Assembly (NCBI GenBank): GCA_025594325.1
Contig: JANHCV010000003.1
Span: 1,798,001-1,862,000 of the forward strand
Length of the DNA stretch: 64,000 nucleotides
Source: Blastocladiella emersonii ATCC 22665
Lineage: Eukaryota > Fungi > Blastocladiomycota
Direction: 5' to 3'
Shown: in pieces, positions 36,820-49,737 of the stretch
Layout: every line of letters starts with the position of its first letter
Position numbering within the stretch: position 1 is the first letter of the stretch
Program-made: the position numbers and the translations under genes
The notes under the pieces: model-generated
Told to the model about the DNA's origin: nothing
Seen by the model: only the letters and a program-made list of their open reading frames with translations
Database searches by the model: none

Positions 36820-37790
36820 CGCGGCTTGCCACGCTCGGCAGCGCCGACTCAGAGGCGCCCAAACGACCAGCTCGCGTCCAGTGTCCACCGCATCGTCCAC
36901 AAGCTGCGCCGCGGTAACGAGAAGGCGCCCGTCCCGCGCTGCGCCGCGACTACTGGATGAAGGATGAGGCGGGCAAAGAGTGCTACAACTGCAAGAAAGA
37001 CGCCCTTCTCAACGTTCCGCCGGAAGCACCATTGCCGTATCTGGTATGGACTCTTCAGTGCTCGCTCAGACGCGGCTTCCGCTAACGACCCTCATTCTTA
37101 ACGGCCAGATCTTGTGCTACCGGTGCGCGTCCAACACTATCCTGGGCGAGTCGCTCGAGCTCGTCGGCTTCACCTGCGTGTGCGACTACGGCTATTGCCT
37201 CCACGTGGTGCGGTCCTACTCGGAGAACCGGGCGTCGCCGCCAGCTTTGCCGCGCCTGATCTCGCGGCCCTCGCCGCCCGTCAAGGACGAGGACTGCCGC
37301 CGCACCTTCTTCCACCGGCACCAGTCGCTGCCCACGCGCACGTTCGTCGTCCTCGCCAAGTTCTGGCTCGAACCCCAACACGCTGCACCCGCTGCTCGAC
37401 CCGACGAGCATGACCCACCCCAAGCGGCTCATCCAGCTGCTGCTCTTGGCACGCCGCGGGCTCAGTACCGCGTGGGAGCAGATCATGTGCGATATGACGG
37501 CCGAGGTGCGCCAAAAGGTGAGCTGCACTGCACCGTGCAGGACATGGACGTGCGGCACTTCATCAAGTTCAAGAAGGCGCCCAGCGCCAAGCCCGCCGAC
37601 ACCTTCTTCCTGAGCGGCGCGGCGACCAAGAAGACGCTCGCGTACCGCAAGATGGAGCAGACGATGCAGACCCCGCGCATCATGGTCCTCACGTTCCTGC
37701 TCGAGTACAACCGCGTGCAGGACCAGTTCATCGGCATCAACCCCGCCATCTCGCAGGCGCAAGAATACCTGCTCAACCTGCAACCGCCTC
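36820..37790 (+). pseudogene. FAB1: FAB1/PIKfyve relic (FYVE domain plus part of the CCT-like domain)
   Basis: RDYWMKDE.GKECYNCK..FRRKHHCR, GQILC..CASN, DMDVRHFIKFKK, PRIMVLTFLLEYNRV and QEYLLNL; several frameshifts. Confidence 0.8.
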
Positions 37791-38236
37791 CTCGCCCTCG
37801 AGCCGCACGTGATCCTCATCAAGAGAAACGGCCGTGCGTACCGCCGCTGCGCGTGGCGGCGCTGTTGCGCTGGTCGGCTCTCTCTCGATTGGCGCTACGA
37901 CACTGCGTTCTCGATTCGCGGGTAGATAATGAATGAGATGATACGGATGATGATACATATTACACGTCAGTCAATCAAGTCAACCCGATCGCGCGCTGCA
38001 CGCCGCGCGCTGTACGTCCGACACGACGTGAGGCTCCCTAGCGCATGCGTCAACCTCGATTCGATGGCGGCGAGAGGAGCGCTAGCTTAGCCCATGGAAA
38101 TAACGCAAAGGGAATCTAATCTAATAATCTATGACCCATCTCCAAATGCAGAAACACCCACGACAGCAGTCCCAGCCTCACCCGCCGCGCGTCCCGCGTC
38201 CCGCGTGCGGCGTGCGGCGTGCGGCGACGACAACGG

Positions 38237-41207
38237 CTAGTACAGCGACTCGAGCCCGTGGCCGTCGTGCTTGAGCAGCTCGTCGAGGTACGGCGGCAGC
38301 GGCGCACCCACGACCGCGCGCAGAAACTCGGGGTCGGTAACGTTGAGCGCGCGGACCATGACGACGAGGTTGCGCGCCGCCGACAGACAGGTGCACTGCT
38401 GGTCCGTGGTGGTGGTGGTGGTGGTGGTGGTGGTGGTGGTGGTGGTCGCGGTGGTCGCGGTCGCGTGTCCGTGTCCGTGGCCCGCGACGACGAGCGCCGC
38501 CGCGCTCTCCTTGGTCTGCAGCCACGCGCGGTGAAGGCCGCGGGGCTCGTCGATGCCCGCCAGGACCGACTCGCGGAGCGCCTGCTGCGCGCGCTGCGAG
38601 ACGACGCGCGCGAGCGAGCCGACCACGTCCGCGCGCTGCGAAATGAACACGAGCTCGGGGTCCGTCGGGTCGGAGCCGGCCTGGGCGTGGGCGTGGGCCG
38701 CCTCGGCCGCCTCGGCCGTCGCCGTGATGCGCTGCAGGTGGGCCTTGGCCGCCTCGTCGAGGAGGATCACGAACGCGAACAGCATGACCTGCTGCTCCTC
38801 GAGCGGGCACGTTGCGCACAGGTGCCCGAGATCGGCGCCGTACTTGGTCGCGCCCGCGGGCAGCGCCGGCTTCGGGAGCGCGCCGTGCAGCTGCTGCAGG
38901 TCGCCGTCGCCGCCGCCTCCCGCGTTGTTGTCGAGCGAGAGCGCGAACGCCTTGGTAGTGATGCCCGAGATGAGGGCGGGCACCATGTCGGGGTGCGACC
39001 GGATGATCTCGAAGAACCGCGCGTCGACCGCGTTGTCGCCCTCGTCGCCTTCGCCGGAGATGCCGACAGGCGTGAGCCACGCGGCCTCGGGGCTCTCGAC
39101 GATCATTTGGATCGCGCGGCGCTCGGCGTCGGTCGGCGAGCCGTCCTTCCACATGGCGGCCAGGACGGACAGGATCTCGAGCGAGGACACAAGCGGGTGC
39201 GGCACCGAGACGAACGCGAGCCCGCAGCGCAGCAGCGACGTCATCGCGTCGGCGCCCGCGAACGGGTCCGGGTCCGGCCGGTACTTGGAGATGAGGCTGA
39301 ACGGGGCCAGTGTCGAGGATGATGGTGGTGATGCTGGCGCTGGTGATCCTTGTCCTTGAGCGGCGCCGGCGACGGCGGGGGCGACGGCGGGGGCGGGGGC
39401 CGGCTGGTGGCGGCCCGCGAACCGTAGCACGCGCTGCGGCTTGTCGTTGATGATGGCGGAGGTACCAGTCGTGGCGGCACCGTGGGAGAAGGCGATCTCG
39501 AACGCTACACACACACACGCGCGCGCGCGCATGTTAGATAGTGCGAAAACGAGCGTAAGAAGTAAACGTACCCTTGGTTACGATCGCGGTGCGGCGGCGG
39601 ACCGACTGCTGGTCGACGGCCACCCGCCAGTACCCGTCGACAAAGTCGGACTCGCGTGCCGGCGACTCGAGCGCATTGACCAGCGCGCGACCCCACGCGG
39701 GCGCTCCGAGGAACTCCCACGCCGCGTCGTCAGGGAGCGCCAGGACGCGGAGCAGGTGGCGCGGGCTCGACGCGAGCGCGGTTTCGAGAGCGTCCCGATC
39801 GACCTTGCCGCCGTTGCCCAGGTCGTTGATCATGCGCAGCGTCGCGTCCGGGTGCCGCTCGAGGCAGTCGACGAGGACCTCGGGACCCCCGTGCTGCGCC
39901 GCGAGGACACCGACGAGCGAGAGACGGCGCGGTCCCTGCAGGTTTTCGGGGCGCCAGTCGTACGGGACGAGCATGGCCGTCATATGCGCGGCGCGCTGCT
40001 GGAGCGGGCTGGTCTCGTCGCCGACCGCGCGCAGGATCGGCGCCGAGATGACCGAGGTGAAGAGGAAGTGGGTAGTCGCGTCGGCGAGGTCGAGTCGGTG
40101 CTCGGCCAGGTGCGGCGGCAGGTCCTGGAGCGCCTTGACCGCCTCCGGGTTGACGGTCCCGGTGCTCATGGCGCCGAGCAGCTGGATGAGCAAGATCAGC
40201 TTGGGCAGGTGGCGCGGGTCGGCGTGGTGGCCGCCGCCGTGCTTGCGCTTGCGGTCATGCTGCCGGAACGGGCCCGACGACGACTGCCACGGCAGGAGCA
40301 TGGGCTCGAGGAGGAACGGCGAGGCCGACTGCACGGCGTCCACGGACGCCGGAAGTCGCGCCGAGAACTCGGGCAGCCGCGTACACGCGGCGAACAGCGT
40401 GAAAAACGCCGTGATGTTGGGGTGGGCGTCGAGGAGCGGGTGCAGCGCGACGAGGTGGTGGTTGCTGGGCTGGTTACGGCGGCCGAACATCTGGACGCGC
40501 GCCAGGGCCTCGATGACGACGCGCAGCACCTGGGCCTTCACGGCCGGGTCGGCGTGGGCGGCCGCGATGACGGCCTGGACCGCGTCACGCTGCAGAAGGC
40601 GAAGGCCGGTCGTGTCGAGGACGAGGCCCAGGATGCGGCGCGCGTTCTCATCCTCGGGGATGCGGTTGGTGAGCATGGCCTCGATCAGCCCGGGCACCGT
40701 CATGTTGGCCGCGTCCAGGTAGCCGCCGCCGCCGGCGCCAGCGCCCACGGCTTCTTGATGATCGAGCCCGAGCCCGAGCCCGAGCACGAGCGGCAGCACG
40801 GGGATCGGCTGCTGCTGCTGGTGGTGGTAGTGGTGGAAGGTCGTGCCGAGGTTGGCGAGGTCGATGGGGCCCACGCTTGGCGGCGGTAGCGGCGCGGGAG
40901 CCGCTGGTCCTTGGACATGAGCCGCCGCCGCCGTCGACGACGACGTGGAGGCGGTGGTGGTGAAGCTCGCCGACGCGGCCGCGGCCGCGGTACTTGAGGA
41001 TGACGACGACGACACGAGCGACGGCGACGAGGGGGAGGGGAGGTAGGAGGAGGGCGACACGTTGTCGTGGGTGCGAGCGCGCTTCCTCGCGGGCTTGTCC
41101 CCCACGTCGCGGTTGAACGCGGCCGCCGAGGCGCGTGTCGCCGAGCTGGATCTCGCCGACGCCGACGCCGCGGTGCCGGTGGGTGACGAGGCGCGCGAGG
41201 ACCGCAT
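38237..41207 (-). CDS. Uncharacterised helical protein of about 970 aa (one intron, 39505-39571)
   Basis: Two long ORFs joined in frame by a GTACGT..CTAAC..TAG intron (K|AFEIAF); poly-S/A/Q/T tracts; no family recognised. Confidence 0.7.
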
Positions 41208-41499
41208 CGTCGTCGTCTCGATGGCGGTGAGGGGGTCGATGCTACCTACGACTACACAATTGTGCGCGCGCCGAAGGTGAGTGAGCGATCCGGGCGTGCG
41301 TGTCTCGCGTCGGAGCGCAACGTGGTGGTACCGACCGACGAGTGTAGTGGTGTAGCGTTGGAGGTGGCTGTCGAGTGCGACGACGACGGCGACGAGGATG
41401 GGAGGATGGTGGTGCTGCTTCGACGATGATACAGTGGATCAAGACGACGGCCCGCCGAGGTTGGGCGGGCGCCCGTCCCGTCGAACACCATGAGTGGGA

Positions 41500-42370
41500 G
41501 TGACGTGGCGGCCGGAGCCGTGATGATGTTGGCGCCCGCAAAGTGGCCAGTGTTCTCGAGGACGCCGAGCTTGATGTTGTAGGCCACCGAGACGTCCATC
41601 TGGTACAGGTGCTCGAGCGCGCTACGCGCAACCGTCTTCTCGACGAGGACCACGTGCTGAGCCCGCGGCGCGCCGTGAGCCGCTGGATGGACCGCTTGAG
41701 GCGGCCTGTGCTCGTCGGGTCGAGCAGCGGGCGCGGCGTGTTGGGCTCGAGCCAGAACTCGGTGATGAGGACGGACGCGCGCGGGGGCAGCGACCGGCGC
41801 CGGTGGAGGAGGGTGCGAGGGCGGTCCTCGTCCTCGACGGGCGTCGAGGGCCGCGAGATCGATCTGCGACTGCAGGAGGACCAGGGTCGGGGGCGGACGC
41901 GGCGGGGGCGGCAGCGACTCCTGGTTCTCCGAGTAGGACCGGATCACGTTTAGGCAGTAGTCGCACACGCGGATGAAGCCGAGAGGAAGCCGAGAGGAAG
42001 CCGAGCGGCTCGGCCCGGCTCGGCTCGGTGGGGAAGGTGTTGGATGCGCGCGCCGGCAGCAGAGGAAGGAAGACCTGGCCGCTGCGTTTGCGGCAGTGGT
42101 TAGCAATACTCACAAAAGCACAGTGAGTTTAGCTCCCGTACCAAACTACCAACCGCGGCAATGGTGCTTGCGGTGGAATTCGGAGAGGGGCGACATGCAG
42201 TTGCAGCAGCAGCACATCATGCACGCCTCGTCCTTCATCCAGTAGTCGCGGCGCCACGCGGGCGCCTCGTCGTCACCGCGGCGCAGTTTGCGGATGATGA
42301 TGATGCGGTGGAAACCCGACTCGAGCTGGTCGTCAGGCGCCTCCGAGTCGGCGTCGCCGTGCGTGGCGAG
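41500..42370 (-). pseudogene. FAB1: Second, independently decayed FAB1 relic (inverted relative to 36820-37790)
   Basis: RRDYWMKDE..FHRKHHCR, GQVF, RVCDYCLNVIRSYSEN and VSVAYNIKL; clear nucleotide homology to about 36820-37470. Confidence 0.75.
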
Positions 42371-45300
42371 CCACGAACTCGCGAAGTAGGTGGGCGGGAC
42401 CGCGCAGTGGTCAGACACCGACTCCAGGATGTCGTTGCATAGAGTCGGCACAGTGCATTTGTGCGATACATGTTCGGGTGGGGGGTTCGGCGGAACGGAG
42501 GTCGTCAAAACAGGGGATCTGGTCAAAATCCCCCCATTCGACGCGCCCACAAATCCATGGCTGACATCACGCGACCGACGGACGCGTGGCGCCACCTCGG
42601 CGCGTCGGTCGCGTCGCCTCGTTGCACGATCGATCCGTTTTGAGCGACCGTAACCTACAGACGGCTACGATAAGCTCATGCAAATCATGGCGATCTACTT
42701 CCCGCACTTGCCCGCCTTGGCCATCCCAGAGATCCTGCTCGGCGCGCGCCGTCAACGCTTCGCTACAACAAACTGGCCGGCCTCGGAGCCGTGCTTCAGA
42801 AGGAAGAAGTGGGGCCACAGAGCTAGGCACTAACAGGCGCGAATAGCTGACGAGGCTTATTCGAGAGTCTGGCCGAGCACGAGATCCCACTTTCTTCTTG
42901 CTCCCTCAAGAGCTCAAACATGCGGACCCCCTCCTTCTGCTTTCTCGACGCGCGATTGCCGAGCCCAACGGAGCTCATCGTCCTCGTGACGAGCTCCCAA
43001 CTTTGACTACCTTGCCGTGCCATCGATCGTTGGGGCGGCTTCTCGACGTGGGCTTCCTCCTCGTTCCCCCGTCGTGGTTCGCCACGCCGAATCGAGGGCT
43101 GCGTGCGGGCCACTTGCTCAAGCGGCTCCTGCTCCTTCCGAGCGACCCGACCCGCAGCGGTTCAGCTGGCCTGAGCACTTTTGCATGCTGTCGCTCAAAC
43201 CTTTGCGGCTGCACGCGTCGGCTGCACGCGTCCCTCACGCCTCGTCTGCTTCCGACCGAGGTCGGCCCGCTTGTACATTTGCGGATGCGAGTCGTATTCG
43301 GTTAATGAATTGCTGCAGAACCTTGACGCGGCCAACGGCCATTGATCACAGCGGGTTCCTGCGGGGCTCCGAGGCTCCGAGGCTCTCAGAGTCTGTACCA
43401 CTCAAGCGGCATCAACGGCACCACGCTGGTCGCGATATCGCTCGAATACCTGCCGTCCACCCCTTTATCTCGCGCGCGACGACCTTGGCGGGAGCGACCT
43501 GCGGATCAACTTTGGGCCATGTATTATTCACTGCCCCTTGGTAGCGTCTGCACTTCGGGCCGCGCGTACGCATCGGTCACCTTTTCCTGGCGCCCAAAGC
43601 TTGACACCTGGGTGGGTCCTTGTGCTACTTTGCGGACGATTTATCGCAGACGTATAAGAACTGTGGGATTTCTCGTCGCAAGTTCAGCGACATCGAAGGA
43701 CGCATGATCGCGGCCCCGGCTTGCTTCACGACGACCAGTTCAACTTGAGACAGAGCTAGCGATACGATACCACTGATATGAATGTCAAGCAATCAACCAA
43801 CCTGAATGCGCGATGGCCGCGGGGCAAAACGAACTTGCTGTTTGAGTTCTTTGAGGGGGGTGGGGGGTGGGGGGTGGGGGTGGGAGAAGCGACGACGCGC
43901 GGCGACGCGGTGTGGGGGGAGAATCTGCGATCAAATCAGCGATCGGATCAGATCACTTTTCTTGAGTGGCGCGACGCGACGCGTCGACTGTTTGTTCCCT
44001 CGGCCCGGTCGTGTGTGCGTGGCGGGTGACCTTGGGAGACATTGGATTGTTTTAGCGCCTCTTCAGAAATGAAAGACGAAACGATTGATAAACTTGAAGC
44101 AGTTCCCTGCTCGACGACTTGCCGTGGCGTGCTTCCTGGTCCCGCTTCAAGTCCAGTCAGTCAGTCAGTCAGTGGTCTTTCGCTCGACTCGACGTCGAGC
44201 GCGGTATATGCTGGACTACGCCCAGGTGGATTAGCGGGGCGGGCGGGCGGTTGGTTTATGCATGTGGCCATGCTTGCTGCGAGTCGCCGTCGCGTGTTGC
44301 TCGTTTAGAACGACGGGCGCGGCGCGCGCGCGGTACATCCGGGACACGGCCATTATTTAGGCAAACTCGATCGCATGGGTAACTGCCGAAAGTGGTCCGT
44401 TAGTCTAAGGCGGCCGAGGCGGGGAACTACTCTACCGTAGTACTTTATTCGGGCGGCGGTTCGACTCTCACGGGTCGGGCTTCCGTCCAAACTACGCGCA
44501 ATCGATGCTTCCCTTCACTTTTGTTTCGCCGGCGCCTGATTCTGATCATTGAGTTCTTTTTTGTTCCTTTTGTTTGATTGATGTGGTAGTAGTAGTAGTA
44601 TTGCGCTCATACCGGCTGGCGGACGGAGTCTCCCCGCCTTTTCCTTCCTCTGCAAAGCCCGCCAAAGGATCAACCAAGTCGATCTGTCGCGAAGGTCCAG
44701 CAGCGCTCACACGACTGATTTTGACTTGGATTTCGATATACTACTACTAGTACTGGCCTGCGGGTGCTCGACGTCACAAGCTTGCTTGTCCGTTTCGCGT
44801 CGCGTCCGTGCGTCGCGGGGCGAAATCCCTGTAAAAGCGCGAGGACCCGGCGCGAGACACGCACGCCGCCCAGGTCCCTCGTTGTTTTCAAGAAGGTGTG
44901 CGAGCTGTACGCAGGCAGCTAGCTAGGCAGCCCGAGAGCGAGCGTATGACCCGCTTGCAGCTGGACGCTCGCGTCGGTCGCTGGAGTGGAATGGAAGCGA
45001 GGATCGGCAAAGGCGCGCGCAAACGGCGACGACCAAGGTCCATAGAAGCCTTGGAGGGACCCGACCGAGAAGGTCGCGGCGGCGTCGGAGAGCCCGCTGC
45101 TGCTGCTGCTGCTGCTGCTGCGAAGGCGATCGTGTCCGAGTGAGAGAAGAGAGGCGGGAAGGAAGTCGCATGGGCGGCGGGCGAGCGAGGCGCGGGCCGC
45201 GGAGTAAACGTGCCGCGCCAAAGATGCGCGCGCCTTCGCCTTTTTGAGCAATCGAGCGATCGAGCGAGCGAGCGAGCGAGGGGATGATGATGGACGCGGG

Positions 45301-46989
45301 TCATCTCGTGGTGCCAAAGGCGTGTCGAGACAGAGTCCCGCGCCGCGGAGCTGGCCACCGCGACGCGACGCGACGCGACGGGCAACCCGCTCGCTGGTTG
45401 CAGCGTCGGGACCAAGTACCGAGCGCAACTGGCCCCGTCCGCTCGATCGACAAACAGAGAGTGCGGTGTGTAAGGTATCTCAAGAGCTGTCCAAGGTGCC
45501 CGACGGGACGCCGCTCGAGTCCGCGGATCGCGACAGGGCGATCATTGGTGGTACTGCATCCGCTTATCATCGACAGTGCCGTTGCGGGTAGTCCGAGTCT
45601 CACCAGAAGCAGGGGTGGGTGCTGGGTGCTGGCTGCACCGGGGCGATCGAAGCGACGCGACGAAACGAAACGCGACGCGACGCGCCCGATTCGGAACGTC
45701 TCACCTCACGTGAGGCGCACGCACGCCGTGTCTCTCGCCCCTTTTGCTCACGTGCGCTGTGTTTCGCGACGCGTCGGCGACGCGTTTTTCGTCTCGCCTC
45801 GGGTCCCCCCGGTGCCGGCCACGTCACCGTGCCCCCGCCACCGCGTCGTTCACTTTGGCCCCGTCAAGTCCCGCGTTGTGCGAGTCCTCGGCCATGGCAG
45901 CCGCGGGGAGGGCGGACACGTTGGGCGTCTCGTAGACGCCGGGCTGGTCCCGGGCCTAGAAATGGAGTGCCAGGGTTGGTGTTGGTCACTGGAGATGGTG
46001 GGCAACCAGCGGGCTCGCGCCCATACGATATCGGACAGCTTGTCTTATTTCGATGACATGCTTACGTTGCAGGTGGTGTGGACTCCGTTCGATGCGTCGG
46101 GTTAGCGCTGCAGAGGGATCAACGGGAGCGGGAGCGGGAGCGCGGCAGGCCTCCTCCGCGGCGGAGGCGTGGCGCCTTTGGCGGTGGGCGAAGGGAGGCT
46201 CGATTACTGAAGCTAACTCACACCGTGGCCCTGAGCGTCAGATTAAATGGTATAATTATTCTGCGAGTGCCGGAGCGTCTTATAATTTATACTATGTATG
46301 TTGTCAAAGTGTCAGGTGATTCGGTAACACAATGCAATTCAAGAAGCTAAGCCTTAAGTGCGTTTTTCGTCCGAGCGACCAAACCGAAAGTTTTTTTCAA
46401 CTTTGCACGGTCGGACGAGTTCTCGGTACCCCGACACCTCGACTCGGAGTTTTTGACATATTCCGGGCCTCTGAAGGTCGCTGATCACGAATCTGCCCTC
46501 AGAAAAATGTTTACGATGCATCTCAAATTTATAAAGCTAAGTTGTGTCACGTGAGCGAGGCCGAAGGCGCGGCTGGCGACGCGACGCTCACCTCCGCGTG
46601 ACCTCGCGCGCACGCGTCGCAATGGAGGCAGTCCGCTCGCCTCCCTTCCTTGTCGAGGTAAAAGCACGAACCTTGGTCAACTCAAACTCAGCCCAACTGA
46701 CGACGGAAAAGGTTCATAGCTCTCGCATCAGGTATGATGAGATCGCTTGCACAAGTTGTGAGCGAGATCTCCGCCATGGAGTGTGGAGATTCCTGCTTGA
46801 GGCGTCGCGCTGAACACATGTTTGAGGCAACAGTGCCACGCGAGTAGTGGAAGCAATCAGGGCAAGCCGGCTCGCTAGCTGGTCGGATGCCGTATCCGTG
46901 TAGAGGAGAACGGGAATGCTGCCCATACATCACGGTTCGGATCAGATCAGATCCTGAGCCGCAACCCGAACCGCCCGCGCAACACGGAC

Positions 46990-47277
46990 ATGTCGCTGTT
47001 GGCTTTCGGCTTCCTCTTTTCTAAGCTCGTTCAGTACTCGCAGCGCAGCACCAAGGGCGTGCAGGACCTCGAGCGCATGCTCAACTTTGTCGGGTACCGC
47101 GTCAGCCAGCGGTTCCTTGGGCTGCTCGTTGCGCGCAACAAGGGCGGCACCCAAGCGCGAGATCCGCCTGTTGCAGGTCCTGCTCTAAACCAACACCAAC
47201 GTGTGGAAAGCCCTGTTCGCGGCAATTCGGCCGACACGCTCGAGAAGTCGTCGTTCGAGAACGACGACGACGACAAG
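46990..47277 (+). pseudogene. TRS31: TRS31 fragment (mirror copy)
   Basis: Same translation as 34960-35247. Confidence 0.75.
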
Positions 47278-48335
47278 TACATGATGCCAGGCAGCTGGCC
47301 AGCAATGCTACGCTCACCTCCGCGTGTCCACAAAGCACGTGTTGGTTTGCACCCGCCTGTGTCAGTCGATAGCTTGAAGGGTGGCAGCTGCAGCAGAAAC
47401 CTGCACATGATACTTGGAACACCCAAACCCAAAGCATTTGGTGTTCAATCGAGGGCTAAAGCCCGCCCCACGTACGGTGCTTGCGCACCGCGGGAGCGCT
47501 TCCATTCGGACCACGGTCCATCGCGTACAGGTTAAACGAGATGTGCACATTGCCGCTTCGTCGGCAATACTCGCCGCCAGGGTCGGGGAACCGCGCCAGG
47601 GTCGGGGAACCGCGCGACGCGACACAGCGGGAAGCCTGAGTGCTGCATACGGTGCGCGCATCTGGTCGCTGGCGCCGGGCGGCCGCAGGGCAGTGCCCGC
47701 GCTGTGCGTGTTTTTGGGCGGCGTTGGAAGCTATGGCCGTAGCAGCGGAGACCGCAAGACGCGGGTTGATGAGCTTGTGCAGATGGCCGTCCTTACCTTT
47801 GCTTAAACCACGCAACGAGTGGCGAATTCACGATGGCGGTCGCTGTGTGTCCGATACGGTTCGATCCGAAGAGCGGCTCTGCGAGAGAGAGAGAGAGAGC
47901 CCACGGTGCTGGAACGGCGGCCGCCGCTGATCTCCTCCTCGCTGACTACCGTGAGGGCGCGTTGTTGCTTTGTCGGGCGCCGTGGGGACGAAACGTACGC
48001 AAGGCGAGAAAGACAAGCGCATGCGTCTGAATGTCAGCGATCCACTATGCCCGAGTTGAAGCACTTGTTCCATTTGAACGACTGGGAGCAGCGCGGTCAG
48101 TACAAGTACGACTCTTGAAGATTACTCAAGTTCAACTCAAGCGACAACTCACAACCCGCCTAACGGTTGGGCGACTACTTGTTGCCAGCTCTCACCAGCC
48201 TGAACCCGAAATCAACGAACCTTGGCGACTCAGCAGTAATGCCAAAGTCAACTTACTCGTACACCAGCTTCGCATACAATCGCAGTCACGAATCATGTTT
48301 TCAAACAACGACAGCCAATATGACCAGGTCATTCA

Positions 48336-49034
48336 TCACTCGACTTCCATTTCCGATGACTTGCCCGTCTTGTTGCTGCTGCACGAGTACAAGTTCTCAT
48401 CGGGTTCTTCCATGATTGCTTCGGCGGCGCGGAAGGCTTTGAACACAGCCTCCATCGCCGCTTGAGTCTTCTGCGGGTCAACCCTGCCCTTCTGGCGCAT
48501 ATTGTACTTGATGTCGATGGTCCAGTCGGAGTCCGGATTTGAGCCCGTTTGCTCGCGATAAGTCACCGTCTCGTGCGGAGAAATTTGTACTTGGTTGGTG
48601 GTGCGCTGCTCTGGATCTGGACCCGCTTGGGCTAACTTGAAGGCATCAATTGTGCGCTTCACCACTTGTTCCAACTCCTGCGCATCAACCTCGTACACCG
48701 TGTGCTTGGATTCGAGGCTCCAAGCCTTCTTTGCGCCTGGTTCCGCATGCTCACGATGGACAATCTCCACGAGCCGTGGCTGCTGCTGCAAACCATTCTT
48801 GGGCTGCTGCTGTTGAATTTGCTGTGCCTCGGGCATCATGGCGTTTGAGCTGCGAGCTGCTTCTTTCGGAAGTCCGTGCGATTGCTCCTGCGATTTGAGT
48901 GCCGACCGACCTGCATAACGTCCTGCGGAGCGATTGACGGCAGCTGTGACGTTTGACTTTGGGGGGACACGTATGAGGTGTGGCGAAACGGTGGCCAGAG
49001 TCCGCACTTGGGTAAGCACCCTACGAAAGGACAT
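48336..49034 (-). CDS. Orphan 232-aa ORF (mirror copy)
   Basis: Same translation as 33203-33901. Confidence 0.45.
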   Translation of the reverse strand: MSFRRVLTQVRTLATVSPHLIRVPPKSNVTAAVNRSAGRYAGRSALKSQEQSHGLPKEAARSSNAMMPEAQQIQQQQPKNGLQQQPRLVEIVHREHAEPGAKKAWSLESKHTVYEVDAQELEQVVKRTIDAFKLAQAGPDPEQRTTNQVQISPHETVTYREQTGSNPDSDWTIDIKYNMRQKGRVDPQKTQAAMEAVFKAFRAAEAIMEEPDENLYSCSSNKTGKSSEMEVE

Positions 49035-49446
49035 TGTTTTGAACGATAATGGGATGTGGTGAGTCAGTCGGACTGTCCGCGGCCTAGGACGGGAGAAGGA
49101 ACAGAGCCTGAGAGGTTACCACAGTTGCTTTATAGCTCTGGCCCGGATGACGCGTTTGTGGCATGCAACGTCCTGCATTTTGCCAAGTGCGAGTGCATTA
49201 CGCCAAAGTGCATTCGGCTCAGCCGAAGAGTGCCAGCTCGACGGTTGTGGCACTGCATATCGGGCGGCGCAAATGGGTGGCGCAGCAGGTGGGTGGCGCA
49301 GCAGCAGAGGATGTCACCTCGCCGACCCCCCGCCTTCAATTCTCCGGCATCGGCTCAAGCTCCAAGATTCCCAACTTCACGCATTGGAGTTCGATGGCGA
49401 CGATGGGGGCGATGTAGCGCGGATCCGACGATTGGTCTGTGTACAT

Positions 49447-49737
49447 GCCATATGGCCTTGACCATGAGACACGCAAGCACCCAGTTGGCCGCGAACTTGA
49501 ACAGGCCAATGGACCCATTAAGCGCGCCGAACATTCTCAGGTTGAAGCCCACGTCGCGGCCGCCTGCCTCGCTCCAGTGGCCTGCCCAGTAGTTGGCGAC
49601 CGTCTCGCTCGCAATGGGTCTGACAATCAAGAAGAAATGACCGAGCGCGGCGGGCTAGCCAATGAATGTATCGCGCGTACATCAGGTACACGGCCAAATC
49701 GACAAACCGTGCCACGTTCCCTCCTCGTCATCGTCCT
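49447..49737 (-). pseudogene. ABCC transmembrane relic (mirror copy)
   Basis: Mirror of 32500-32790. Confidence 0.5.

Noticed and set aside
44385-44480. tRNA-Leu-like sequence (GTCTAAGGCG..GGTTCGACTC)
   Set aside because: Acceptor and T stems do not pair; not a cloverleaf
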